From: Eledone cirrhosa
Lineage: Eukaryota
Reading direction: 5' to 3'
Assembly (NCBI GenBank): GCA_964016885.1
Contig: OZ024744.1
Coordinates: forward strand, 94,922,001-94,986,000
DNA length: 64,000 nucleotides
The notes below the pieces were generated by a model that ran no database searches, had not been told where the DNA came from, and saw only the letters and a program-made list of their open reading frames with translations. Positions 27,201 to 39,674 of this stretch are shown here, piece after piece; the first letter of the stretch is position 1; the number at the start of each line of letters is the position of its first letter. The position numbers were made by a program, and so were the translations under genes.

Positions 27201-30200
27201 ATGGAGACCCCTCCCACACTCTCACACACTCTCACACACACACTCACACTCCTTGCTGATGGAGACCCCTCCCACATTCTCACACACACACACTCACACT
27301 CCTTGCTGATGGAGACCCCTCCCACACTCTCACACACACACACACTCACACTCCTTGCTGATGGAGACCCCTCCCACACTCTCACACACACACACACTCA
27401 CACTCCTTGCTGATGGAGACCCCTCCCACACTCTCACACACACACACTTACACGCCTTGCTGATGGAGACCCCTCCCACACTCTCACACACACACACACT
27501 CACACTCCTTGCTGATGGAGACCCCTCCCACACTCTCACACACACACACACTCACACTCCTTGCTGATGGAGACCCCTCCCACATTCTCACACACACACA
27601 CACTCACACTCCTTGCTGATGGAGACCCCTCCCACACTCTCACACACTCTCACACACACACTCACACTCCTTGCTGATGGAGACCCCTCCCACATTCTCA
27701 CACACACACACACTCACACTCCTTGCTGATGGAGACCCCTCCCACACTCTCACACACACACACACTCACACTCTTTGCTGATGGAGACCCCTCCCACACT
27801 CTCACACACACACACACTCACACTCCTTGCTGATGGAGACCCCTCCCACACTCTCACACACACACACTCACACTCTTTGCTGATGCAGACCCCTCCCACA
27901 CTCTCACACACACACACACTCACACTCCTTGCTGATGGAGACCCCTCCCACACTCTCACACACACACACTCACACTCCTTGCTGATGGAGACCCCTCCCA
28001 CACTCTCACACACACACACTCACACTCCTTGCTGATGGAGACCCCTCCCACACTCTCACACACTCTCACACACACACTCACACTCTTTGCTGATGGAGAC
28101 CCCTCCCACACTCTCACACACACACACACTCACACTCCTTGCTGATGGAGACCCCTCCCACACTCTCACACACACACACTTACACGCCTTGCTGATGCAG
28201 ACCCCTCCCACACTCACACACACTCACAGTCCTTGATGATGGAGAACCCTCCCACACTCTCACACACACATACACACTCACACTCCTTGCTGATGCAGAC
28301 CCCTCCCACACACACACACACACACACGCACTTACACTCCTTGCTGATGCAGAGCCCCCCCCCCCCCACACTCTAACACACACACACACACTTACACTCC
28401 TGCACTGGTTTACTTAGATATTGGACTTTAATCTTGATTCATTTAAGTACTTAGTTACAGTATTATTTGAATAAAAACTTCTGTTTGTCTTGACCAGAGT
28501 TTCTCAATGTGGGCACTACCGCCCTTGGGGTGGGGGGTTCGGGGGGGGGGGGCATTAAGAAGGTTCAAGGGGTGCTGAGGCCTAACAGGGTGGTGGTAGA
28601 GATAATATAATAGTATATTAAATATAAAATGATACATATTATATATAGATGTAGTAAAATAAAAAAATATATTTATTTATACATAGTATATATTATATTA
28701 TTTAATACAGGCATGTCAAACTGAGGGTCGCCTGAGGGCCACATAGGTCACATATGTGTTGCCTGAGGGCCACATAGGTCACATATGTGTTGTCTGAGGG
28801 CCACATAGGTCACATATGTGTTGCCTGAGGGTCACATAGGTCACATATGTGTTGTCTGAGGGACACATAGGTCACATATGTGTTGTCTGAGGGCCACATA
28901 GGTCATATATGTGTTGTCTGAGGACCACATAGGTCACATATGTGTTGCCTGAGGTCCACATAGGTCACATAGGTCACATATGTGTTGTCTGAGGGCCACA
29001 TAGGTTATATATGTGTTGTCTGAGGGCCACATAGGTCACATATGTGTTGCCTGAGGTCCACATAGGTCACATAGGTCACATATGTGTTGTCTGAGGGCCA
29101 CATAGGTCATATATGTGTTGTCTGAGGGCCACATAGGTCACATATGTGTTGCCTGAGGTCCACATAGGTCACATAGGTCACATATGTGTTGTCTGAGGGC
29201 CACATAGGTCATATATGTGTTGTCTGAGGGCCACATAGGTCACATATGTGTTGCCTGAGGTCCACATAGGTCACATATGTGTTGTCTGAGGACCACATAG
29301 GTCACATATGTGTTGTCTGAGGGCCACATAGGTCTCATATGTGTTGTCTGAGGGCCACATAGGTCACATATGTGTTGTCTGAGGGTCACATAGGTCACAT
29401 ATGTGTTGTCTGAGGACCACATAGGTCACATATGTGTTGTCTGAGGGTCACATAGGTCACATATATGTTGTCTGAGGGCCACATAGGTCACATATGTGTT
29501 GTCTGAGGGTCACATAGGTCACATATGTGTTGTCTGAGGACCACATAGGTCACATATGTGTTGTCTGAGGGTCACATAGGTCACATATGTGTTGTCTGAG
29601 GACCACATGAGTCACATATGTGTTGTCTGAGGACCACATAGGTCACATATGTGTTGTCTGAGGGCCACATAGGTCACATATGTGTTGTCTGAGGGTCACA
29701 TAGGTCACATATGTGTTGTCTGAGGGCCACATAGGTCACATATGTGTTGTCTGAGGACCACATAGGTCACATATGTGTTGTCTGAGGGCCACATAGGTCT
29801 CATATGTGTTGTCTGAGGGCCACATAGGTCACATATGTGTTGTCTGAGGGTCACATAGGTCACATATGTGTTGTCTGAGGGCCACATAGGTCACATATGT
29901 GTTGTCTGAGGGTCACATAGGTCACATATGTGTTGTCTGAGGGCCACATAGGTCACATATGTGTTGTCTGAGGGTCACATAGGTCACATATGTGTTGCCT
30001 GAGGGCCACATGAGTCACATATGTGTTGTCTGAGGGCCACATAGGTCACATATGTGTTGTCTGAGGGCCACATAGGTCACATATGTGTTGCCTGAGGGCC
30101 ACATAGGTCACATATGTGTTGTCTGAGGGACACATAGGTCACATATGTGTTGTCTGAGGGTCACATAGGTCACATATGTGTTGCCTGAGGGCCACATAGG

Positions 30201-31575
30201 TCACATAGGTGTTGTCTGAGGGCCACATAGGTCACATAGGTGTTGTCTGAGGGCCACATAGGTCACATATGTGTTGCCTGAGGGTCACATAGGTCACATA
30301 TGTGTTGCCTGAGGGCCACATAGGTCACATATGTGTTGTCTGAGGGCCACATAGGTCACATATGTGTTGTCTGAGGGCCACATAGGTCACATATGTGTTG
30401 CCTGAGGGCCACATAGGTCACATATGTGTTGTCTGAGGGCCACATGAGTCACATATGTGTTGTCTGAGGGTCACATAGGTCACATATGTGTTGCCTGAGG
30501 GTCACATAGGTTACATATGTGTTGCCTGAGGGTCACATAGGTCACATATGTGTTGTCTGAGGGCCACATGGGTCACATATGTGTTGTCTGAGGGTCACAT
30601 AGGTCACATATGTGTTGTCTGAGGGCCACATAGGTCACATATGTGTTGCCTGAGGGCCACATAGGTCACATAGGTCACATATGTGTTGTCTGAGGGCCAC
30701 ATAGGTCACATAGGTCACATATGTGTTGTCTGAGGGCCACATAGGTCACATATGTGTTGTCTGAGGGCCACATATGACAATTAATTGCGCACATTACAAT
30801 TAATTTTTTTCTATTTTACATTACAAAGATAAAACATGCTTGCGCTGTAAAAACCTTTGTGCGGGCCGCAGGGGTGAGCTTGTAAAGGGCCGCATATTTG
30901 ACATGCCAGATTTAATATATATAAATTAATGATTTTACTCTTTATATATTATTTACACTTTGCATGTAGGCAGGTCTCTCTGGAAATAAGGTTGGTGTAT
31001 GTGTGTGTGTGTGTGTGTGGGGGGGGGGGGGGGGCTGGTGCTGAGGGTATTATGTGACCGTGAGTTGGGGCGGTACCTCCAAAAGTTTCAGTACCTCTGG
31101 CCCCTTGACTGATGGCATGGATCAAGTTAGTGGAGGAACCTTTTAACATTGGGAAAGATTTACTCTTATTTAATCCAGATTTTATTGGGTTGTACATTGA
31201 TGGTTTATCTTCCTTTCCAATTACATTTCGATATTAACATTTGATTCTTACTGGGTGGTCATCTTTTAATGTTTTTTTACATTGACAATCTATATCTTTA
31301 GAAAAATATTTTGTTTAAAAAAAACAAAAAAACATATAAAACTTGTATTTACCATTCAATCATACGTTGCTCTCCAGGGAAAAATTGATATTATTTAAAA
31401 TAGAAATTCAAATATTTAGACAATCTTTACCTTTTTCAAACATTGGACTTTTGCATTTTTTAAGGGTTTAGCTGGCTCTGCACATTTTTCATAATATATT
31501 TCTGAAGCTGCAAGTCTGGCTTTTGCAACCTTCTCCAATTCTTCCAATATTTGCCGCCATACAATGACTGCAGTT
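4120..31575 (-). CDS. FCHSD2: FCHSD2/nervous wreck-like F-BAR and double-SH3 protein, partial: 7 internal coding exons covering the F-BAR region; gene extends beyond both window ends
   Basis: Exons 31431-31575, 24336-24472, 21578-21641, 20512-20640, 16209-16331, 5411-5506 and 4120-4269 all have GT-AG sites and compatible phases. They translate without stops to (R)[172 protein letters not shown]...[17 protein letters not shown]...[15 protein letters not shown]. Motifs RNxYLL..AANAHQ.RYY..DL, ALDG.VY, R.YNLQ.F and KEARKWAT match FCHSD2/Nwk as I recall them. Confidence 0.93.
4480..5072. mobile_element. tail plus inverted-arm element, family B, right arm interrupted by a TTAA MITE
   Basis: 4517-4602 pairs with 4763-4821 plus 5047-5072; the tail agtttgcttgaagcattgt is shared with the copy at about 21928. 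Confidence 0.6.
5411..5506 (-). CDS. FCHSD2: FCHSD2/nwk-like exon (96 nt)
   Basis: Acceptor tttgtatttacAG, donor GTaagt; encodes [32 protein letters not shown]. Confidence 0.93.
6880..7560 (-). mobile_element. degenerate RTE-clade LINE 3' fragment
   Basis: [34 protein letters not shown], homologous to the 51.5 kb copy. Confidence 0.8.
8386..16195. repeat. 7.8-kb minisatellite, 36-bp monomer (39-bp variant) with higher-order duplications
   Basis: CTAAATTAGATAATGTCCAGGTACAATACTGTGTGT repeated about 210 times; rare variants recur at offsets of 936 and 2478 bp. Confidence 0.97.
16209..16331 (-). CDS. FCHSD2: FCHSD2/nwk-like exon (123 nt)
   Basis: Acceptor ttttttattctAG, donor GTattg; encodes [41 protein letters not shown]. 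Confidence 0.92.
18808..19130 (+). mobile_element. tRNA-derived SINE family 1; other copies at about 3520-3830(-), 18187-18514(-), 25166-25490(+), 40842-41062(-), 41089-41415(+), 59423-59747(-), 63326-63640(+)
   Basis: A box TGGCTTAGTGG, B box GTTCAATTC, ccttgagcaagacacttt core, RTE-like 3' end and (ATG)n tail; copies highly similar. Confidence 0.88.
19366..20445. repeat. second array of the same 36/39-bp minisatellite, interrupted by a SINE
   Basis: Same monomer; antisense SINE family 2 copy at about 19890-20065. Confidence 0.95.
20512..20640 (-). CDS. FCHSD2: FCHSD2/nwk-like exon (129 nt)
   Basis: Acceptor ttttgtcttcAG, donor GTaaaa; encodes [43 protein letters not shown]. Confidence 0.94.
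21578..21641 (-). CDS. FCHSD2: FCHSD2/nwk-like exon (64 nt, phase 2 to 0)
   Basis: Acceptor ttttttttcAG, donor GTaggt; encodes [21 protein letters not shown] (basic F-BAR tip segment). Confidence 0.9.
21683..21876. mobile_element. tail plus hairpin element, family A (Penelope-like end)
   Basis: Hairpin 21683-21796 plus about 80-nt tail, embedded in (TA)n; homologous to 38752-38958 and 63670-63857. Confidence 0.65.
22147..24000 (+). mobile_element. internally deleted Ty3/Gypsy LTR retrotransposon
   Basis: 5' LTR about 22147-22595 starting TG with TATAAAA; PBS-like TGGTGACCC at 22597; last 68 bp of the LTR repeated at 23933-24000; 4-bp TSD CATC; pol remnant inside. Confidence 0.85.
23270..23932 (+). 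pseudogene. Gypsy pol remnant (RT connection and RNase H)
   Basis: [40 protein letters not shown] and N.PADALSR motifs. Confidence 0.9.
24336..24472 (-). CDS. FCHSD2: FCHSD2/nwk-like exon (137 nt, phase 0 to 2)
   Basis: Acceptor tttgctttgtccAG, donor GTaaat; encodes [45 protein letters not shown](K). Confidence 0.9.
26252..28402. repeat. about 50-60-bp minisatellite with an embedded variable (CA)n tract
   Basis: CCTTGCTGATGGAGACCCCTCCCACACTCT(CA)nCTCACACT tandem. Confidence 0.95.
28708..30909. mobile_element. hAT-type MITE swollen by an internal minisatellite
   Basis: TIR CAGGCATGTCAAA/TTTGACATGCCAG; perfect 8-bp TSD ATTTAATA (28700-28707 and 30910-30917). Confidence 0.88.
28730..30776. 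repeat. 31-bp minisatellite
   Basis: GAGGGCCACATAGGTCACATATGTGTTGTCT tandem. Confidence 0.96.
31431..31575 (-). CDS. FCHSD2: FCHSD2/nwk-like exon (145 nt, phase 2 to 0)
   Basis: Acceptor ttattttAG, donor GTaaag; encodes [48 protein letters not shown]. Confidence 0.92.
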
Positions 31576-31693
31576 CTAAAATAATGAATACTTATAGTTC
31601 AAACATATGCTCATATATTTATATACATATGCATATATATATATATGGATGTATATATGTATATATGTATATATATATGTATATATGTATATA

Positions 31694-31758
<65 letters not shown>

Positions 31759-31817
31759 ATATATATATATGTTTATATATGTGTATATATATATATATGT
31801 GTATATATATATATGTT

Positions 31818-31864
<47 letters not shown>

Positions 31865-32144
31865 GTGTATATAAAAATATACATATATATATATATTTAT
31901 ATATATATATACATGTGTATATACAAATATACAAATATAAATATATATGTATATATATATATATTTATTTATATATATGTACAAATATAAATATATATAT
32001 GTGTGTATAATATAAATATATATATGTGTGTATAAATATATATATGTGTGTATATATATATATAGAAATATAAATATATATGTATATATATACAAATATA
32101 AATAAATATATATATGTATATATATACATATATAAATATATATA

Positions 32145-32301
32145 TACCATATTTGACGGCCCAATTTTAATGAAAAAATATGATGTACAAAATTTATACC
32201 CTTCACCTTATACTCGTAGTTTAAACCCATTTCTTTTAATGCCTGCCCAAATTGTGGTGCATCATATAAGCCCATGCGTCTTATAAGCTGTCAAATATGG
32301 T

Positions 32302-32302
<1 letters not shown>
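32145..32302. mobile_element. small Tc1/mariner-type MITE
   Basis: TIR TACCATATTTGACGGC/GCTGTCAAATATGGTA in a (TA)n tract. Confidence 0.7.
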
Positions 32303-32346
<44 letters not shown>

Positions 32347-32397
32347 AGCAGGGAAAAGTGGATATAAAATGAAAATATATATATATATTTATATTTG

Positions 32398-32431
<34 letters not shown>

Positions 32432-32980
32432 AATATATACAAATATAAATACCTATATGTATATATATTGATATGTATATGTGTGTGTGTATATGCTATA
32501 TGAACACATGCACACACATACATATATATGCATACACACACATATATATATATATATACATACACATACTCACACACATATATATATATACATAGGGACA
32601 TAAGCACATATGATGTTTCATTTTATAACATAAAAAATATATCTTAAAGAATCTTTATAATTTTTATATTTTTTAAATGATTATATTTCACATTTTCTTT
32701 TTTTACACAATTAAATCTTTCATATTTACAAACAAATAAATAAATATTACTTTTTAGCAACAAATACTGAAACATTTGAATAATAAAAAGATTACTACAT
32801 GAAAACACACAAAGGCATAACAAAATTGATAAGTTATAAACTCAGCAAAATTAAAAAAAGAAAAATATATTAAAAATATTATATTAATAGCAATTACATT
32901 ATAGAAGAGTCATGTTAGATATTTTAGAACACATAACTGTTACATTCATCTTAGTTCATTTCTTAACCCTTTAGCATTTA

Positions 32981-33310
32981 TGTGTAATAGTAATATACGT
33001 GAACGGCAAAGCATAAATGAACTAAAGGAGAAATTAGGAATAAGAGGGATCAGATGCTGTTTACTCAAGAGAAAACTACGTTGGTACGGTCACGTGATGC
33101 GCATGAAAGACGACAGCTGTATTAAAAAGTGCAGGGTGATCAAAATAGATTGTAGTTATGGAGTAGGCAGACCCAGAAAAACCTGGGACGATTTGATAAA
33201 TTCCGACCTTACACACTTACACCTCTCTAAGACAATGTCACTGGACCGAGATCTTTGGCGCTACACTAATACAGAAGACCCGCCTTGCCTATGTAGAAAG
33301 TGAAACCTAG
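32981..33310 (+). mobile_element. RTE-clade LINE 3' fragment inserted in a TTAA MITE
   Basis: KLRWYGHVMRM..GRPRKTW..DRDLWR. Confidence 0.82.
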
Positions 33311-33891
33311 TCAGTAGGGACCTCGTAACCAAAAATACACCCCCCCATCCCACTAACCCTACCCCCACCCCCATCTACACCACCCCTTTCTCTGTAAAGT
33401 TATGTTGGTACCACAACATCCAGTCCTAAATAAATGAGGTCGGGTAGGTGTCACGACAAAAACACACACAGTCCACACTGTAATGTGGCCATGTAGGTAA
33501 CACGGTAAAAACCTCCCAGTCCACACTGTAAACGTGGTTGGTGTTAGGAAGGGCATCCAGCCGTAGAAAACCTGCCAGACAGTCCTATACAAGCAAGACA
33601 ACCAATCTTGCCTCAAGTGGGAAAATTCCCATCTAAACCCATGCTAGCGTGGAAGATGGACATTAAACGATGATGATGATGATGATTACTCTATATTAAC
33701 TATTGTACTTTCATAGTAAAAGGCTTTACCTCACATAACATTCTCATATAATATTGAATCTATGAGATTTTGATATTATTTATTTTGAGAACAATACCTT
33801 AACATCAGTATGAGCAGTCAGTTAGGGCTGGTTTGAACAGAAAGAAGTGAGAGAATTCTGGCTGGATATGGCCGGTTTGAATGTTAAAGGG

Positions 33892-34628
33892 TTAACCCTT
33901 CCGTTTACCCTATTTCTAATAAAAGACACTGTCTATGATTTTCAAATATTTTTTTAAATTATCAAGAATTTAGAGAGATTTAGTTTAGCCATATAAACTA
34001 ACTTTCTCATTTACTTAAGAATTGGTTTTTATATAAAAATATGATGGAAAGTTTTAGATAAATATAAACACTTTAACCCATTCATTACTATATTTCTAAT
34101 GAAAGACACTGTCTATGATTTTCAAATAGTTTTGAAAATAATCAAGAATTTAGAGAGATTTAGTTTGGTGATATAAACTAACTTTCTCATTATCAACTTA
34201 AGAAATGGTTTTTATATAATGAATTATGATGGAAAGTGTTTAGATAAATATAAACACTTTAACCCTTTCATTACCATATTTCTAATGAAAGACACTATGA
34301 TTTTGAATAATTTTGAAAATAATCAAGAATTTGGGAAGAGTTTGATATATAAATTAACTTTTTTTATTATTAAGTTGATATTTGGTAGAGTACTTAAGAA
34401 ACGGTTCTTATAAAAAAGAATGAAGGAAAGTTTTTAGATAAATATAAATATTTTAACCCTTTCGTTACAATATTTCTAATAAAAGACACTGCCTATAATT
34501 TTCAAATAGTTTTGAAAATAATCAAGAATTTGGAGAGATTTAGTAACATAAATGTTTGATGCATAACTTAACAAATGTTCTTAGATAAAATTATGATGGA
34601 AGGTTTTTAGATAAATATAAACACTTTA
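33892..34628. repeat. degenerate about 180-190-bp AT-rich tandem repeat; related block at about 16425-17400
   Basis: Recurrent ttaaccc...tttctaatgaaagacactg...ttttgaaaataatcaagaatt...gataaatataaacact. Confidence 0.75.
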
Positions 34629-34955
34629 AAATAAACAGTTTTATGTATTTATATGGAGAATGCTCTCTGATATTGAAATGGCTGGAAGAAAGAAGGCTGC
34701 AAAAAGGGCCTTTTGTTGGCTTTGAAACAGGTGAAAGAAGATAAGCTGGAAGCCAGGAGGCAAAGATGGGCAGTAATTTGGCCACAACTGCTGACCCCCC
34801 CCCCCCCCCCCCCCAGCGAGAAGGTGTTACAGTTGAGGGTCAAAACACCTCATGTATATTGAACACCATGTGATGACATCAACACCTCCTGGTTAAGGCT
34901 ATGTTTACTGAAGGTGAATGAATGTAAAGCATCTTCTTGAAGATGAAATTATGCC

Positions 34956-35876
34956 TACTGCATATGCTGGCATATAAGTTGACATTTGGAGCCTAAAAAT
35001 ATCTCTCCCAAACCAGGGGTCGACTTGTATGCCAAATATAAAATGTGAACCTTTACCACTAAAGAGTAAAAAGTGAAACTGCCTGCCTACTTGATGTACA
35101 CCACTTACCTTAACTCTAGCAGCCATCACAATTATTTCCTACTGAAACTCATATTTGTTAAGTCTATTTAATGTAGAGATTATAATAATATCAATGGCTT
35201 GCTGTAGCTGATATGGTAGGTTACCATAAGTTCGTTAAGTTTAGGCTAGGCTGGTTTACTCAGTGAGATAACAATGACTTGCCTTAGTTCATAGGGTAGG
35301 TTACCATAAGTTCGTTAAGTTTAGGCTAGGCTGGTTTACTCAGTGAGATAACAATGACTTGCCTTAGTTCATAGGGTAGGTTACCATAGGTCCGTTAAGG
35401 TTAGGCTAGGCTGGTTTACTCAGTGAGATAACAATGACTTGCCTTAGTTCATAGGGTAGGTTACCATAAGTTCGTTAAGTTTAGGCTAGGCTGGTTTACT
35501 CAGTGAGATAACAATGACTTGCCTTAGTTCATAGGGTAGGTTACCATAGGTCCGTTAAGGTTAGGCTAGGCTGGTTTACTCAGTGAGATAACAATGACTT
35601 GCCTTAGTTCATAGGGTAGGTTACCATAGGTCCGTTAAGGTTAGGCTAGGCTGGTTTAACTCAGTGAGTTAGAACTCACTAGTGACTGAAGTGTTTTAGA
35701 AGAAGTGTCCTAGTCTTTAGTGTGCCACTAAATTTGTTGAATTATTTCCCCTGAAACTGCCTTAATTTTACGGGGTCATCTTATCTGGCGAATATAGACC
35801 TAAACCTGAATTACACCTCAGAATTTTAGGGGTTGATCTATGTATCAAATCGACTTGTACGCTGGCATATACGGTA
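34956..35876. mobile_element. Tc1/mariner (pogo-like) MITE containing a tandem array
   Basis: Decayed TIRs tactgcatatgctggcatataagttga / tcgacttgtacgctggcatatacggta with TA ends. Confidence 0.6.
35215..35667. repeat. about 80-bp tandem repeat, about 5.5 copies
   Basis: ggtaggttaccata...aggctaggctggtttactcagtgagataacaatgacttgccttagttcatag. Confidence 0.93.
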
Positions 35877-36136
35877 TGTGTCAAAAAAAAAGTGTTGTCA
35901 CACTTCAATGATCTATCTGGTCAGTGATGTAAATCAATTGCAAATTAATATAACAGTTTTAGTTATGTGTTCTTAAATAACCATCAACATTCTTCCATGA
36001 TGTAATTGTTTCAGTTTCCACAAAACAATTTCGGATCAAACCATTTGCCACACAAAGACAACTGCAACATTTTATTATTAATAATTGAAGAGATATTAAT
36101 AAATCAACAGAATTCAGCGTAACTGCAACAAGCATG

Positions 36137-36240
<104 letters not shown>

Positions 36241-36336
36241 TATATATATATATGCATATATATATATATATATGCATATATATATATATGCATATATATA
36301 TATATGCATATATATATATATGCATATATATATATA

Positions 36337-36372
<36 letters not shown>

Positions 36373-36384
36373 TATATATATATA

Positions 36385-36454
<70 letters not shown>

Positions 36455-36466
36455 TATATATATATA

Positions 36467-36587
<121 letters not shown>

Positions 36588-36754
36588 TATATATATATGT
36601 ATACAAATATATGTATATATGTATATATGTATATATATATATGTATATATATATATACATATATATAAATATATATAAAAATACATAAACACATACACAT
36701 TGACATAAATTCATTTTACTGTAGCTTAAAAAAAAAAAAAATGAATAAATTTAC

Positions 36755-36766
36755 CTATTTTGGTTA
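36755..36766 (-). CDS. candidate 12-nt microexon of the FCHSD2-like gene
   Basis: Minus strand reads ttttcctattttctctacTGCttctatccAG|TAACCAAAATAG|GTaaat; open in phase 2 (-NQNR). Confidence 0.5.
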
Positions 36767-37289
36767 CTGGATAGAAGCAGTAGAGAAAATAGGAAAATAT
36801 CAAAATTTATTCATTTATTATGAGAAAAATATAGTATAGGAGAAAAAATAGTTTAGCAAGGAGTGAAAATTTTTTTGTATTTTCATCCTCATTTATGTTT
36901 TTTTTTTCAATTTCATTTCCTTTTCTATTTTAAAACTATACACATAAAAAAAAAAAAAATTCAGTCAATGTTTGTTCACAACAAGTGGTCAGGTTTGAAT
37001 TGAACTCAGAAAGTTCATATTTCTTGCAAAGTCCCAACATTCATATCAGAAAGAAGTAGCATATATCAGCTTTGTCCCCCACCCCCCACCCCACTCCCCA
37101 CAAAAAAAGAACAAAATAATTAGGGGGGATTCAAGACGTAAAATGGCAACCATTTTGGGCTCCAATCTTTCTTTCTTTGTCTTTAATAATTCGTCAGATT
37201 CTTAAGAGTGTTGCAGTGACATATGTGTTATGGGTATTTTAAAACATGGTGGAGCCATCTCCTCTCCAGGTCTGAACACAGATGATTTC

Positions 37290-37360
<71 letters not shown>

Positions 37361-38694
37361 AAAGTAAATTATGTTGACCCCAGTACATCACTGATCCTGG
37401 AAAAATGAAAGGTAAAGTTGACCTCGATGGGATTTGAACTCAGAATCTAAAAAAATCAGAACAAATGCCACAAAATATTTTGTCTGATGCTCTATCGAGT
37501 CTGCCAAACAACTACTCTTAATGGTTCCTAATTTAGGCACAATGTCAACAATTTTGGCGTGAAGGGAAAGTTGATTATATCAACCCCATTGGTCCCAGGA
37601 GAATGAAAGGCAAAGTTGACCTCAGTGAGATTTGAACTCAAACTGTAAATGTACCACAACAAATGAAAAAGAATTGAGTCCTTTAGCATTTATATGACTC
37701 TATATATACTATTGTATTTTTGCAGTAAAGACTTTATCTCTCATAATTATCTCATATAATATCGAATCTACGAGATTTTGATGATGTTATTTATTTTGAG
37801 AACAATACCTTAACGTCAGTATGAGTGACCAGTTACAGCCAGTTTGAAGAGAAAGAGGTGAGAGAATTCTGGCCAGTTTAAATGGTAAAAGGTTGACATA
37901 AGTATGAGTAGTCGGTTACAGTCAGTTTGAATAGAACGAGGGAAGAGAATTCTGGCCGGCCACAGCTGGTTTGAATACTAAAGGGTTAAGTGTTCCTTAA
38001 CCCTTTAGCATTTACACTGGCTGTATCTGGCCAGAATTCTCTCACCTCTTTCAGTTCAAACTGGCTGTAACTGGTTACTCATACTGACGGTAAGGTATTA
38101 TTCTCAAAATAAATAACATAAAAATCTATAATATGTAAGGTAAAGCCTTTACCATGAAAATACAATAATAAATATAGAGTAATGTAAATGCTAAAGGGTT
38201 AAATCGACAGCATGGCTTTGTATTACTTGTTTGTCAAAGATATAACAAACATTTTGGAACCATGTGTGAAATAAATGTTTGTGAGTTCAATTTCAGATTG
38301 AGTACATATTAACATGTGACAATAAATAGGTACCAGAAATGTAAAAAAAAAAAATTAAAAAATTATATAAAAATTAAAAAAAAGACCACAAATTCAGTGT
38401 TTGGTAAAAATAAGGTAAGAAATAATAAAGTTGATGATCTAAAGAATCTTTTGGGTACTAATAAGTAATTAACGATAATAATAATTGTTTCTACTTTTGG
38501 CACAAGGCCAGCAATTACTCCAGTTGAATTACTCTATGTTGAAAGATAAACCTCAGTTGGTCGCATTCCATAAGATAATCTTGGTTAGCCTTTGAACTTT
38601 TCAGTTGATCCTTGTATTTTTCCATAAGCGATTAACACATTGAGCTTGCACTCACTTGATAACGAATGAGTGTTATACCCACTCCTATTCATCT

Positions 38695-38751
<57 letters not shown>

Positions 38752-38755
<4 letters not shown>

Positions 38756-38958
38756 CGAAGGAAATGTGGTAAGGAACCAGGTGGACCATAACGCACCAAA
38801 GTACTCAATACTTGAGGTAGTAGAGTGGGTAATAGGAACCAGTAAGACCCCGACAGCTGAGCTCAAGCCGTTTCGACGGCTAATTCTGGACTAAATTAGT
38901 CCAGAATTAGCCGTCGAAACGGCTTGAGCTCAGCTGTCGGGGTCTTACTGGTTCCTAT
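38752..38958. mobile_element. tail plus hairpin element, family A
   Basis: Perfect 63-bp arms 38832-38958 centred on 38895, preceded by an 80-nt tail; flanked by (TA)n. Confidence 0.7.
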
Positions 38959-39064
38959 ATATATATATATATATAGTAATAATAATAAATTTGAAGACTA
39001 AAATCCAAAGAGGGCTCGATAAGGATAAATATATATCAAATATATAAGAACCGTAGAGCAAATA

Positions 39065-39248
39065 TTTATTAAAATAACAGATTAAAGTTTAAGCAAAGAA
39101 TCGCTGCTTTCACCCTTAACGGGATCTTCTGAAACTAACAAATGTGTAGTTTCTGCGTTTACAGATTGACTTTGTTAGTTTCAGAAGATCCCGTTAAGGG
39201 TGAAAGCAGCGATTCTTTGCTTAAACTTTAATCTGTTATTTTAATAAA
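39065..39248. repeat. inverted repeat (about 78-bp arms) with decayed hammerhead-like core
   Basis: tttattaaaataacag...aacaaa pairs with tttgtt...ctgttattttaataaa; right arm has CAGAAGA-tcccgttaagggt-GAAA. Confidence 0.75.
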
Positions 39249-39324
39249 CGAATCCATACGTACATATATATATGTGTGCATGTATGTATATATATATATA
39301 TACATACTACTGTACGTATACATA

Positions 39325-39406
<82 letters not shown>

Positions 39407-39606
39407 TAAATGTATATATAGATAAATATATATATGTACATAAATATATATACATATATATACACATATATACACGAACATATATATATACACATAAATA
39501 CACATATATACACGTACATATATATATGTATATATAGAGATATATACATATATACATATACATACACACACACATATATACATATTTGAAAACGAATTTC
39601 TCTCTC

Positions 39607-39671
<65 letters not shown>

Positions 39672-39674
<3 letters not shown>

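Larger units (their letters stand above)
28495..31099. mobile_element. outer hAT-type MITE hosting the 28708-30909 insertion; related copy at about 56545-57168
   Basis: Ends cagagtttctcaa / ttcagtacctctg; internal sequence matches the 56.5-57.2 kb copy, which lacks this insert. Confidence 0.7.
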
